DNA of 63,568 bases, counting the filler, from Craspedostauros australis (lineage: Eukaryota): the NCBI GenBank assembly GCA_030167865.1. It is 17 parts of 17 records of this genome, joined end to end, with 100 filler letters (N's around TTAATTAATTAA, not from the genome) between each part and the next. Parts side by side here need not be neighbours in the genome. Positions count along the whole stretch, not along the records: positions 14,502 to 34,742 come from JALAGF010002034.1; positions 34,843 to 49,132 come from JALAGF010002035.1; 15 more parts are not named here. One strand, 5' to 3'. The position numbers and the translations under genes are program-made. Under the pieces are notes generated by a model, which was given only the letters and a program-made list of their open reading frames with translations, did no database searches and was not told the origin of the DNA. Below are positions 24,148 through 36,468 of this stretch, one piece after another. Position 1 is the stretch's first letter; each line of letters begins with the position of its first letter.

Positions 24148-25955
24148 CTAGTTCGGCATGAGTTCGTACCGGTACGAGTATTGATCCGTCGCGATGAGAT
24201 CGAAGGCTCCCACATTTTCCAACGGCAGGAAGTCGGAAGACTTCATATTCTTGGTCATATCCATGCGTTTGGATTTGATGGCGGCCTTCTTCTGACCTTG
24301 CAGCATGAGGAGCTGCTTGTTCGTGACTTCTTCGACGAGCTTGATCATGGTGGGCACCATCTTGCGGCTGAAGTTCTTCTTGGCGATGAACTCCTCGTGG
24401 CCCATGCCGGGCCCCGTCTGCATCTCCGTCATCCACACCTTCAGGTTCTCGTCGATGATGAAGTCGGCACCCATCCAGGCGAACTGCAATAGTGTAATAT
24501 TTTGAATATTGTGAAGATCAATGACGATGGAGAGGAAGTTTGTGAGACGAATGGATTGGTCCGTTGGCTGCATGGCACAACACAGCACAACACAACACAA
24601 ACGAACAAACCAAGCACAACATGCGCATACGCTAGAGTCCTCGAACGCACCTCATTCTCGGCATGTTCATCCGACTTGACGATGGATTCGTAATAGGCCG
24701 ATATCGCCGTCGATATGGCATGCTTGATCTGACTTTGAATATGCAGCATGGGATCCGCGCGCTGCGGCGAATCGGCTGCGAAGAGATCCGGGCGTTCTTG
24801 CGTCACATATCGTTGCAGTTCCGGCACCCAATCCTCGAACGATGTGACGGCTTCAATCTTGGGCTCCTTCTTCTCGTCCTCCAACTGCTTCAGCGTCTTT
24901 GATTTGTTGTCATTCTGTCCCACGTTGGTGAGATGCTTGTGCGTGCTGGAAAAGTCTGACTCGTCGTAGATGTTGTGGCTGACGCGCAGGTACCCGCCGC
25001 CGTAGTAGGCCAGCATCGGACGGATCGAGGCGAAGAGGACGAAGCAGCGCAGATCGAACTTGTAGCGGCGGAACGTGAGCTCGTGCTGGATGTACTCCTG
25101 GATCATGTGGCTGGGCATGTTGCCTTGCTGCTTGAGCTCCTTGATCAGATTCATCAAGGGCTCGCTGTTGGGACCTATCATGGTGATGCCCTTGCCGTTG
25201 TCCTTCTTGAGGAATTTGAGGACCCACGGTTTGGACGTGTCGACATTCTTGAGGAAGTTGGCCGTGTCCGTCTCATCGTAGAGCACGTAGCCTTCCGGGA
25301 TGAAGGTCTTCGCGTGCGGCTGATCCCGCGCATGCATGCGGGCGTAGCGGCGCAGTCCCTTGAGCAGCATGGTCTTGCTGCTCATGTTGTGCTCGGCGCT
25401 GAAATGATTGGCGCGCTGCCAGTAATGCAGCTCCTGCGGCGGCAGCTTCTTCTTGCTTTGCACGAACAGCATGCCGGCCTCCAGCGGATCCTTCGTGCGC
25501 TGCCAGCCCAGCAATTCGAACGCCCTGGCGATGCCGGCCGATGTGGTGCCATAGAAGGTGTGCGGCAGCGCGGTGATTTCGCCATCTCTCACCTCCTCCT
25601 TGTCCAGATCGTTGTCCGGCTTCTTCTGTTCGCTGTCTGCCTTGTTGCGCACGACTTGACTCGCTGCGTTCGCAGGCAGTGCCGGCACGGGTCTCTTGAT
25701 CGCTGGATTGGAGGCTCCTGTCGACTGCGGCTCCGCGAAGCTGCGATCGCGCGAGATGAGATGGGAATGGTACAGCTGACCCTCGGCAAAAGCCAACCGC
25801 TGGTATAGCACGACGCAGTAGACGCACAGCGATGCCGACAGAACGATCAGAAAGATCATGCCGAAGCTCTTCGAAAGCTTCGCGCGCAACGATGGCCTGT
25901 TGCCTTGCATGCTGGTTAACGTGCGTCGCATGCCAAACTGATTCCGGTGGTTCAT
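24148..25955 (-). CDS. Tubulin-tyrosine ligase-like (ATP-grasp) protein with N-terminal membrane anchor, 2 exons, ~546 aa
   Basis: Exons 25955-24651 and 24483-24148 with a GT-AG intron. Motifs ANHF..SK, FIPEGYVL, WVLK..GKGI, IQEYI, KFDLRCFVL, HLTN and GADFIIDENLKVWMTEMQTGP. TM segment MIFLIVLSASLCVYCVVLY. Confidence 0.83.
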
Positions 25956-28653
25956 GGTGCAGTTGTTTGAGTGATGATGTGATGATGGGACGATAGGCTG
26001 GACTGTGGAGACTCTTGGATGGATCTTGATGGTGGTGCAGCAAGGGCTACTCTTCGTGCTCGTACGATTCAATGCCCAGTTTATGCAGGATGTGGGATGC
26101 CGAATACAGGATGCAGGATGTAGCATGCCATGAAGTGAAATGAGATGAGATGAGATCAGGTGAGATGAAGAACTGTTTTCGCCTCTGTGAGCATTGCTGG
26201 ATTCTCCCACCAACAAGCCATTCAAATTTGAATTTCGCTCTCGTCATTTTTGCGAGGTTGTTCGAAACGATTGCTCAATTCGGTATCTAAAATCCAATCG
26301 TGCCAATTTATTCCCACACAAAGGAAAGTAGTATTGGACGATCTAGAATATCTGAACCATAACGCTTCGACAACGGCAACGTTGATTGCTGCGAACAACA
26401 TCAATCGTCAACGCGACGAGCTGAGGAGGCAGATCGATGACGATCCGCAGATTTGGCGCCAACCGAAGAAAATGACACCCGCATGAATCGACCTCCTTCA
26501 TTCTTCGTCTGGTTGACGCACTGCATCCACGCATGCAATCGAGGGAGGCATAAGAGCGAGTCATCGCAAGCATCATATGTGGTTCGCCTGTGGCACAAAG
26601 CACCATCATGAAAGCGATCGCCGCGCTGTGGTACGACTACAATACGAGTCCTCTCTCATTGGATGCTCTGACACAACTCGATTCGTGTCGGCAAATGACA
26701 CCATGGATTGCAACACTCCATGTCCACGAGTGCTCTTGCAAAAGTCCACATCACAATGCACGGCGTCAAATCCCACCGAGGAAGCAGCACGAGCGTCGAA
26801 GATCTGCGGCAGTCTTCCTCGCTTCAACCTCATTGCCGTCCGCCGCAACTCCGAGCTTTGACTGAGGTCACCTGCTTGAGCGGACCGAAGTTTCAGTGCC
26901 GCGCCGACATCGTGTGCGCTGGTTTCGAGCCGTTGTTGCTTACCGCATGGACTGGCGTTGCGATGTGGGAAAGTGTTGTACGTTCGGTATTACACCATGG
27001 AGTACTTGAAGCCATGCCCACCCGATCGGTTGGATGGCCTTCCCGCTGGTTTGCTGATCGAACGATGGGGCGAGTGATTGTTTGGTTGACCTCTCAAATG
27101 GTGCTATCAACACTCATTGATGGGTGCCCTGTGCGTGGAAACAGGAGTCCGCATCCACCCAAACCGGGGCTTTGCGCCCTTCACTCTCTTGGCATGACAA
27201 TCCATGGATCTGCGTGCGCTCTGTGTCGATCATGTGGTGAAGCCACAAGGCCCAAGCTCGCTTCCTCTGTGTGCGGCATCCGCTACCATGCGTGCATTTT
27301 GTGCAGGACCATGACAAATGCAGACTTGTGAATGGGGCGCAGATCGTCAAGAACACACAAACCAAATTATCCAAGCCACAAGCAGCTTGGTCGTACTTGT
27401 GCGACCTTTTCGTACTCATTCTCGGAGGCGCCATGTGCGTCACATCATCGTTGACCTCCACAGCGCCATCCTTCTTCGCGCCACAAGGAACGGCTTTGAT
27501 GGCTGCAACCCACGATGATGCAACAACACAACAAAACACCTCTCGCCCCCAGACATGCACACAGACACACACAGACAGAGAGAGAGTATGTGTGTGTATG
27601 TGTGTGTTCACTGCGGAGCCGCAACGTCGAAGCAAGAGAAAGACACGAGTACGAGCAAATCAAACCAAACATTGGGTTCGCGGGCGTCGACTGAAGGGCC
27701 CCACCATAAGTTCTTGAAGTTGAATAGGGGGTTGAATGAAACAAGCGGATTTGATAGAAGGTTCGGATTTTGACACCTAAAACATGGTTCGAATGTGTCT
27801 TGTACTTGTGAACAAGACAGAACAGTCCACGTGAGGTGCCGCTCTCTTCGGGCGCTTTGCTGAGCCATCGTGTACCGACACCGCGAGAACAACGAAACAC
27901 CCACTTCTCGTCACATTTTGGCTTGGTTTCGAAACATCGGTCACGACGTCATTGCGCGATGGCGAAACGTCGCTCCAACGTTTCCCTTCCTCTCTGTGAT
28001 CTTGGAAACAAGAAAGCGGCAGGTTCATCCATGATCGAGGGAGACGATCCTCGTACCATACATACGTGTAGCTGGGCGATGCAGGGTTGAGGGTGACCCA
28101 AGAACATCAAACTCTGATGTCGGTTTGCTGTGCCAACGTCTTTTGTTGCCATCCCAAGCGTGACAAGACACTGGCAGCACCGAATACATGCGCGGAAGTT
28201 TCATCATCAGTCATTTGCCATGGGTCATCTTGTCTGCCCACCTTCTTCGCGCCGAAGGGAACGCTAGGAGAGAGCAAGGAGAGAAACGCACAGCTTGCAC
28301 GATTACGAATACGTGCAAGGCTGCGATACGGTTGCTCATTTTGTCTCACCAGCAAAAACACGCCCATGTATGCCGAACGAAGAGCAAACAAACAAACAAA
28401 CATCTGTGGTGAGCACGTATCCCAACTCGTCCTCGTGTGGTCCACAGCGCACAAACTTTGCGGTACGAGCGCCAAATGTCAATGGTTCATCCTTTCCAGC
28501 CATAAGTTTAACCCAGCATCCAACTCACCAAACCCATCCAACTCACCAAATCACCAAATCGCAACCATCATCACCATCACCACCAACAACACACAATAAC
28601 GCACCAACAACATCACCAACAGCGCACACACAACGCAATTCAGCACAGTGATC

Positions 28654-31325
28654 ATGCAGGAGTCCAAGCAGTACTTGCAAACGAATCACGCTGCACCCAA
28701 CATGAGTGACAGTAGCAATGGTAACTCCGCTGCGGCTAATGCATCATTCCCACCAAAGTATGATACTGACAACCGGGATTACCAAAGCGACGACCATGAA
28801 GAGTTCGAATATCACTACGATATCTCTGCAGGAGATGACGACAACAACTGCAGTGACGATGACGATGATAGCTGCATCGATGAAGACCAGTTGTCAGATC
28901 ATCATAGCTCGAGTGAAGAAAGTGGCAGGCGCAGAGAGAAGGAGCACATCACAGCACAACTCTCAGGTGCCGAGACCAAACGCGTGCGATATTCGCGTAT
29001 CGTGTTCCGTCTAACGTTGTTCTTTGCAGCCACTGGAATGGCCCTTGCTGTGTACTACGTGTCATGGAATCAAGACAAGAGTAGCTTCGAGACAAGGGTA
29101 AGTCAACGCGGTGTGCGATACAACACAAGATATGCAAGCAATATCTCAAACCTGATGTTTGGAGTCCATATGCTCTATTTCTGTTACCTATCGTCAACGA
29201 GGTTGGGGTGCTGTCATCCCTTCAGACGATTCTGCCCTCTTTGCCTGCATACTCGTGCTAATATACACATTTCAATCGACTCCACCCATTCACTCCCTTC
29301 ACGTGCTCCTTCCAACAATCGATGCATCCGTATCACTTTGCCCTCTATCTCTTCGTCCTATATCTCTTTGCTGAACAGTTCAAGGACTTCGCCAAACAAA
29401 TCATCGATGTTTCTCAGATCAACGCAAGGGATATCTTCAATGTGTTCGAAGGCATGAGCCTCCAGATCACAGTCAGCACTCTGGCGGATGATGCCGAATG
29501 GCCCATGGTCACCATCCCTCTATTCGAGGCGCAGAGCGACGAGGCAGTGAAGGCCACAGGAGCCTTCAGCATGGGCATCACGCCTCTGGTGTCAGACGCC
29601 AACAAGGCAGAGTACGAGGAGTACCAGAATAACAATCAAGCCTGGATTCAGGAGAATTTGGATTATGCAGGCCTCAATCGGACGGCCGCACCCATTATCC
29701 CCAAGATTTGGAAGATCGACAAAGGCAGCCTCGTCTTCCCTGAGGGTCAGGGATACTATGCACCCACAGCAATGGTATCACCGATCGAAACCCTAGAGCG
29801 GGTTGTGAACTATGACTCCTTCGAGAATGTACTATTCGCCGAAGTATTCAAAGAGGTCATCAGAACGCACACAGCCGTGCTATCCAAAATCAACCAAGAG
29901 TCCGACATGAGCAAAGTCGAAGGTCCCGAAGATTGGCCGACCAGCTACATGGCCGCTCCCATCTTTGACAAGCTCAGCGGTGACGATCGCGTGGTGGTGG
30001 GCGCGATCACGTCAACAATGCCATGGAGATCCTACTTTCTGGATCTTGTACCGGAGGGGATCGACAGCATCTACCTGGTGGTCCAAAGCTCATGCGATAG
30101 TTCGTTTACGTTCCGCATCGATGGACCGCAGGTGGAGTACCTCGGGCCTGGAAGACACCACGACAGATCTTACGACCATCTTGAAGAATCGGCAGCGTTC
30201 ACCTCCTTCCGAGGCATCCAGGGCTGCGAGTTCTCCTTCAGCCTGTATCCCTCAGATGACTTCCGCTCCACGTACCTCACAAGGAAACCTCTCGTCAACA
30301 CCATCGTCGTCATCGCCATCTTCATTCTCACCGGCGTCGCTTTCATCATTTACGACTGCCTCGTCGAGCGTCGCCAACGCAAGATCTTGGACAGCGCGAC
30401 CAGATCGCAGGCCATCGTCACATCCCTGTTCCCAGCAAACGTCCGAGACCGGGTCATGAACAATGCCACGAACGACACTGGGACTGGGGGCAGCGGCGGC
30501 AACCCAAGAGACAAGGACAAGCGGGATGGAAAAGCGAAGAATGACCCCGGTGCTTGGCATACCTCTCAGAACCCGTCGCAAGGCCTGAGGGATTACCACT
30601 CGGATGACGTCCATGAGATCTCGCGTACCAGACCTATCGCAGATCTATTCCCAAGCGCGACAGTGCTGTTCGCAGACATCGTCGGATTCGTCGGCTGGTC
30701 ATGCCACCGCGAACCAGCAGCAATCTTCACGTTGCTGGAGCAGATCTACAACGCGTTCGACAAGATCGCGAACCGCCTGGGTATATTCAAGGTTGAGACG
30801 ATCGGCGACTGCTACGTGGCGGCCTGCGGTCTACCAGAGACGAGGCACGATCATGCCGTCGCGATGTTCCGCTTCGCGAGGTCATGTCTGTACAAGGCCA
30901 ACACCATGTTCCATGATCTGGCAGTCCAGCTGGGGCCTGACACTACAGACATGGCAATGAGGTTTGGCCTCCATTGCGGACCCGTAACCGCTGGTGTGCT
31001 GAGGGGGCAGAAATCTCGTTTCCAGTTGTTCGGTGACACCATGAACACAGCAGCCCGCATCGAAACATCAGGCGCAGCCAACAGAATCCATCTCTCGGAG
31101 AGCTTTGCATCGGAATTGAGGCGCCACGGGAAGGGGCACTGGTTCGAAGCGAGGGAGGACAAGGTCATCGCCAAGGGGAAGGGCGAGATCACGACGTTCT
31201 GGGGCATCGTCAGGAGCGACGCATCCACCATCTCGGACCCAAGCAGGCAGCACATACCCACCGCCGTGAAGACATCGCTTTCATTCCAAAGCGGATTGGA
31301 CGCTGGCTCCGAACCAACGAAGTGA
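28654..31325 (+). CDS. Gene B: receptor-type adenylate/guanylate cyclase without PDE, 2 exons, ~796 aa
   Basis: Exons 28654-29097 and 29379-31325 (AGG|GTAAGT...CAG|TTC). Two TMs. Full catalytic set LFADIVGF, KVETIGDCY, FGDTMNTAARIET and AKGKG. Stops ~40 aa after the cyclase domain. Confidence 0.88.
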
Positions 31326-33312
31326 GGATTTGGAAGCGACAATCATTCACGATGTACCGTGCGCCGTTGTCGATGTTGCAAGCAGGAAGAGCGTTGAGGC
31401 CTCTGAACCAAGAACTTCAACTCATTGAATATTAGTATCATATATGCATGTTTGTCTAGCAAAACACATGTCACACGGGGCATAACCATTTTACGCATTA
31501 TTATTAGGCATGCATACGTAGTTATCTACTCCGCTCTTACTCCCTCGCAGTTGCGCTCCAATGTGTGGTTGCAATGCGCGCTCCAATTTGCGCAAGTCTT
31601 GTCCCCCCTCCGCATCTGTGGCGGCCGAATCGCAGAGAGGCATGCAATCCCAACCCGCAGCTTCCCTCGTGCTTTCGTCGTGACCTTCGCTGCTGCTTTG
31701 GTCGACTCTGCTCGTAACACTCACCCCACCAAGTGTGCTCGCAAGAGTGATCCTCGGGGAGGTTCTTTTGTCCTGATTGAAGTGCCCAACACTATGGCGA
31801 ACGGAGTGAACACGCCCAAGAAGCTAGCACGTGGCGATCGCACGCTGGGTATGGTATTGGCCCTACGATGGTGTCATCACAAACTGACGTCGATCTTGTG
31901 ATCGAAATTGATATTCCAACAGGGTGATGGCAAAGACTTTGGATATCACAGGGAACGGCCCAAGAACCCCAAACGATGGAGTGCAGGACCTCAGAAACGC
32001 CAACAAAGTCTGCTTCCGCGGAACAAAAACGCGCAGTTGCCAGTCTTGAAGATGAAATTCCTTGGAACACTGATGCTGGGACTGTGCGCCAAGAACAATG
32101 ATTGATTCTGTGAGTGTGAAGGCGACAGCACTATTGGCTCGTGCCTTGGCCACATGCACGTCCGAAGGGCATGATCGTACAGGACCACTCTTGTTGGCCT
32201 CGCTGTTGTCCCTCTTGGCATTCTGCTTGTCGTTGTACTTGTATGCATGCCTTCCCCATTGGAAGGAACAACCGTGTTGCTTGTATGCAGAGAGTGTGTG
32301 GAGTTGTGTGATTTAGACTGGTGCCGCATGCCACGAAACAGCAGCGTTCGTGCCTCCGCGGTACCACGCCATCATGATCCTCGCTCGCACAAGTGCACAA
32401 GCGCCCAAACGCGTCAACCAACCATCATCATTCCTGAACAGAACGAGACGAAAGTCGGTAGTTGGCAATTTGGCAATTGCATACCAACTCTCTCAGGTTC
32501 GCAGGCCTGCTCCGACTTGTACACGTGTTCGATGGGAAGCAAGAGAGAAACCGCAACAACCCACGCCACCAGGGATCTTTCGATTTCTTGTTCGCCGCTT
32601 CATTGATTGTCTTGGTGCGTTGTCGTGTGAACATGGACGCTGACGTCTTGCCGGAGACAATCACGTCGCGGCGGTTTTACAAACTATCGCGGTTCGTATA
32701 AGTTCGCGGACGTTTCGTACCGGGCGGCTTCGATGGCGGCATCAAAATGCACGATTAGACTTCCTTCTGCTCCAAAGAAGATGTGATCGTGTGACGAGAC
32801 CGGTGTGCGCAGAATGTGATTTCTTGTTGGTCGTTGAAGTTCACACAAGTGACCTTCTCTTGTTCGTTTTGGAATGCACCAATGTCAGAAAATCTCTCAC
32901 ATTGTGATGCAATGCCATCGCACAGAAAAGATAGGAAGGCCACGTGCGCGATTGCTGTTGCCGTTCGCTGTCCACCGACGTTGTGTTGCACACAATCACA
33001 AGCTCCATGGACACTTACATGTACGCAACCCAGCCACAGCCACAACCGCAACCACATTTTCCGCGCTATCAAGAACATGGCGCTCGAAACCGCCTCCTCA
33101 GCAAGTGCCAACTGATGATTGTTCGGTTGCCGCCAAAGAGCTTTTTCGTGGAAGCCCACGGTTCGGCAGGCAACCAGCAACCAGCAACCAGGGCCCATCG
33201 CACCCAGAGAGGCCAGGGATACTCATAAAAAACTCACTTGTCTGAGCAACATCTTCTTAAGCCTCCACCCAACACGAGCATCAAGGCGCGAGCGGACGTA
33301 GTCTACTTTGGC

Positions 33313-33366
33313 ACCAACGCCAACGCCAACGCCAACGCCAACGCCAACGCCAACGCCAACACCAAC
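33313..33366 (+). repeat. (GCCAAC)7 hexanucleotide microsatellite flanked by ACCAAC
   Basis: Read directly from the sequence, ~95 nt upstream of the gene C ATG. Confidence 0.9.
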
Positions 33367-33459
33367 ACAAAGACTCTATCGTATCCACACGCTGCACAAC
33401 AACGATCACTGCACTTGCCACAGGCACATACATACGCAAAAGGAAAACGAGCAACAGCC

Positions 33460-34742
33460 ATGTCAGGAGCGCCATCAGAAACTGCGCCGCGAGATGACGG
33501 TGACGCCCACAGCAGTGCTGCCTCATCGGGCGCAGCTTCGTCTGGAGAAGTTCAATCATCCCATGGCACCGAAACCCGAGGTTCATCGTCGATGAACAGC
33601 GGGCAAAGCTCCAAGCACGCCGAAAACAACGCAGAGGAGGACATTTCGGCACGGCTGGTCGGCAGCGAGAGTCGCCAGGTGTTCTGGTCCCGCATTACTT
33701 TCCTCATAGTCCTGCTCTTCGCGACTGCAGGCAGCGCAGTCGGCGTGTACATGATCTCCAGAGACGACGAAAAGAGTAGCTTCGAGGTCCGGGTAAGTTG
33801 CAATGGATCATACTCTGAATGCAGGATTGTGCGTCCGCTGCGGTTGTGTTGTCGCATTGTTTGTGACTCATGTGTGCGCACTCACTAGTACAACCGCACA
33901 CAAGTGTCCAACGCATCCAGCGCTCGATGATCTTACACTTCGCCAATCCATCTTTCTGCTGTGTCGCGCACTGTCCGTATCTTCCATTCCATTCCAATGT
34001 CCATTCCCATTATCGTATTCGCCACCGCCAACAATGACTTGATCAGTTCAAGGACTTTGCGAACCAAATCGTCGAAGTGTCCCAGATCAATGCCAACGAC
34101 ATCTTTGGCGTCTTCGAAAGGATGAGCTTGCACATGACCGTCTACGCGGAGGCAAGAGGGCAGGAATGGCCATTTGTCGTTGTGCCCAGCATCGAAGCCC
34201 AGGGGCAGCAAGCGATCGAAGCCACTGGTGCCATCACGGTTGCCGTGACAATCATCGTCACTGACGACAACAAGGAGGAGTTCGAGAACTTCACCGTCCA
34301 AACTCAAGATTGGATTCAGAAGGAGCTTGACTTCGTAAATTCGACTGCAGAAGTCAGCATCATCCCCAAGATCTGGTATCCGGGAAACAATGGCACAATT
34401 GTGTTCCCCGAGAACCAAGGCATCTACATTCCATCTGTGTATATGTCTCCAATCGAGACCCTCCACACTGTCGTGAACTACGATGCTTACATTCTCCCAT
34501 ACTTCAACAGCGTCTTCCAAGAAGTCAACAGGACGCACGAGCCAGCTCTTTCCGAAGTGCGCAACTACGGGAGGGAGATCAAGTCAGAGCTTGATTGGCC
34601 CAGGAGCTTCATGGCTGTCCCGATTTTCGATACAGCAAGGAAAGAAAACAGAAAACTTGTGGGCCAGCTGACAGCCCAAATGCCTTGGCACAACTACTTC
34701 CTCAACCTCGTCCCTGAAGACATCGACGGCATCTACATGGTC
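33460..34742 (+). CDS. Gene C: tandem paralogue of cyclase gene B, N-terminal and sensor part (3' truncated)
   Basis: Exons 33460-33792 and 34047-34742. Same intron position as B (KSSFE.R|FKDFA.QI..VSQINA.DIF.VFE.MS) and a closely similar sensor domain (WP.V..P..EAQ, SPIETL..VVNYD, MPW..YFL.LVPE.ID.IY). Confidence 0.85.
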
Positions 34743-35590
34743 NNNNNNNNNNNNNNNNNNNNNNNNNNNNNNNNNNNNNNNNNNNNTTAATTAATTAANN
34801 NNNNNNNNNNNNNNNNNNNNNNNNNNNNNNNNNNNNNNNNNNTACCCACCAACCCACAACTCTGGATTTCGACCACTGATCCACAGCCCAGATGAAGCAT
34901 CATCATCACCATGCCTACTGCTACCGCGCAATCCTCAACATCTCTTCGCACCCAACCGCCTTGCCCACGCGAAATGTGAGTCTGTCGATCAAGGGCACGA
35001 CTGGACAGCAAGCTGAAGCACGACTGGTGATTCCCAACACAATTTGTCCTTCTGCGTCCGCATGCCTTTCGTTTCTAGTCGTAGATTAATGCGAAAAATA
35101 TAAACTTTTTAACTATAAGGTCCAGGCATCTAATATTTCACACATATACCCTCCACAACATAATAGGATGATATCGGCCCTCAAATTAAAAATCGGCACG
35201 AATGTACTATCGTATCCTGAATGGGGTCCTAAGCGTCAAAGACTATACTATTGTGCATGTCTGGTCGCCACAGTGTGGTCACTGAATCCGTCTTCACTCC
35301 CTCCGCAGCTCACAATCAACGCCATCACACAAGCCCTTCACAAGTGGGAACTGAGAGATCCAATGGCCTCACCCAACGCGGATCTCGAACACGACGCCCA
35401 AGGTCAAGGTAGAACCAATGCACACAGTACATCTGGCACCTTCACATTTTTCCTTCCGATTAACCTCCCAAAGTGGCATCGCTTCAATTATTCCCGGATT
35501 CATTCATCCACCTTCACAGTTACGCACGCTGCGCTCACTTTGTGCCACCGTAACTGCAACCCATAGTACCACACTCGCAACCTCACAAAA

Positions 35591-36437
35591 ATGGATTCCA
35601 CAAACAAGGACAACCAAACAACATCACCAGCGACGATGACACCACCACCACCACCGCCACCGCCATCACCATCGGTGCAAGGCACTCGCATCACGAGAGG
35701 AAGTCGAAGGATCAGCCTCTCCTCACCGATTCACGAGCGACGACGACCAAGACGCAGCTGCTCCTCCACGAAGTCAGCGCCAACGGTATCAGAAGAAGCG
35801 GTGCGCAAAGGCGTTGGCCCACATCCGACGCCGCAATCGCCGCCCACCAACAACGCAACGAACGACAACCACAAGATCGCGACCGTTGGCCCTAAGATCG
35901 TGTCGTTCTCCACATCCGTCCCCTCACACAAAGCGTCACAGTTGGATCGGTCCAACCATCTGGTGTCGCCCATCAGCGCCCGCAGCGTCACGGGTGTTGG
36001 CAGTATCGCCTTCGCACCATTGACTCCAGGGACAGCGCGGCCGCTCACGCAGATAATGACTGCAGGCGAGTTCAGTCAACATGGCGCGGACAATGATGAC
36101 GATGATGGTGTTGCTTCCCTTCCTCAACGACCCGCATCATCCTCGTCGATGCTGCATGTTGGCGCTCCACCGTTGAATCAAGATGCAGCGAAACAAACCT
36201 CATCGCACACTCTATCCTTGGCAGCCGGATCCAATGATTCGCTTGGCATGTCGTCGCACACTTTTGCGAGAGAGTCGCAGGGCAACACTTACCATGACGG
36301 CCATCTCGATGGCGACGATGATGACGACAGTGGCAGCGATGTTGGCAGTGATGTAGAGAGTGGCGGCCATCATTGCCACCATTGCAATCATGATGCATCT
36401 CACGAGATGCATTCTCATGCTATCCGCACACCCGCCG

Positions 36438-36468
<31 letters not shown>

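Noticed and set aside
26250..28600. ORFs in the long intergenic stretch upstream of gene B (likewise 31400-33300)
   Set aside because: No motifs; composition and simple repeats fit non-coding upstream DNA.
34742..35591. Gene C continuing into gene D, or a proven four-gene cyclase cluster
   Set aside because: An artificial spacer separates them and gene D has its own N-terminus and sensor domain; linkage cannot be inferred.
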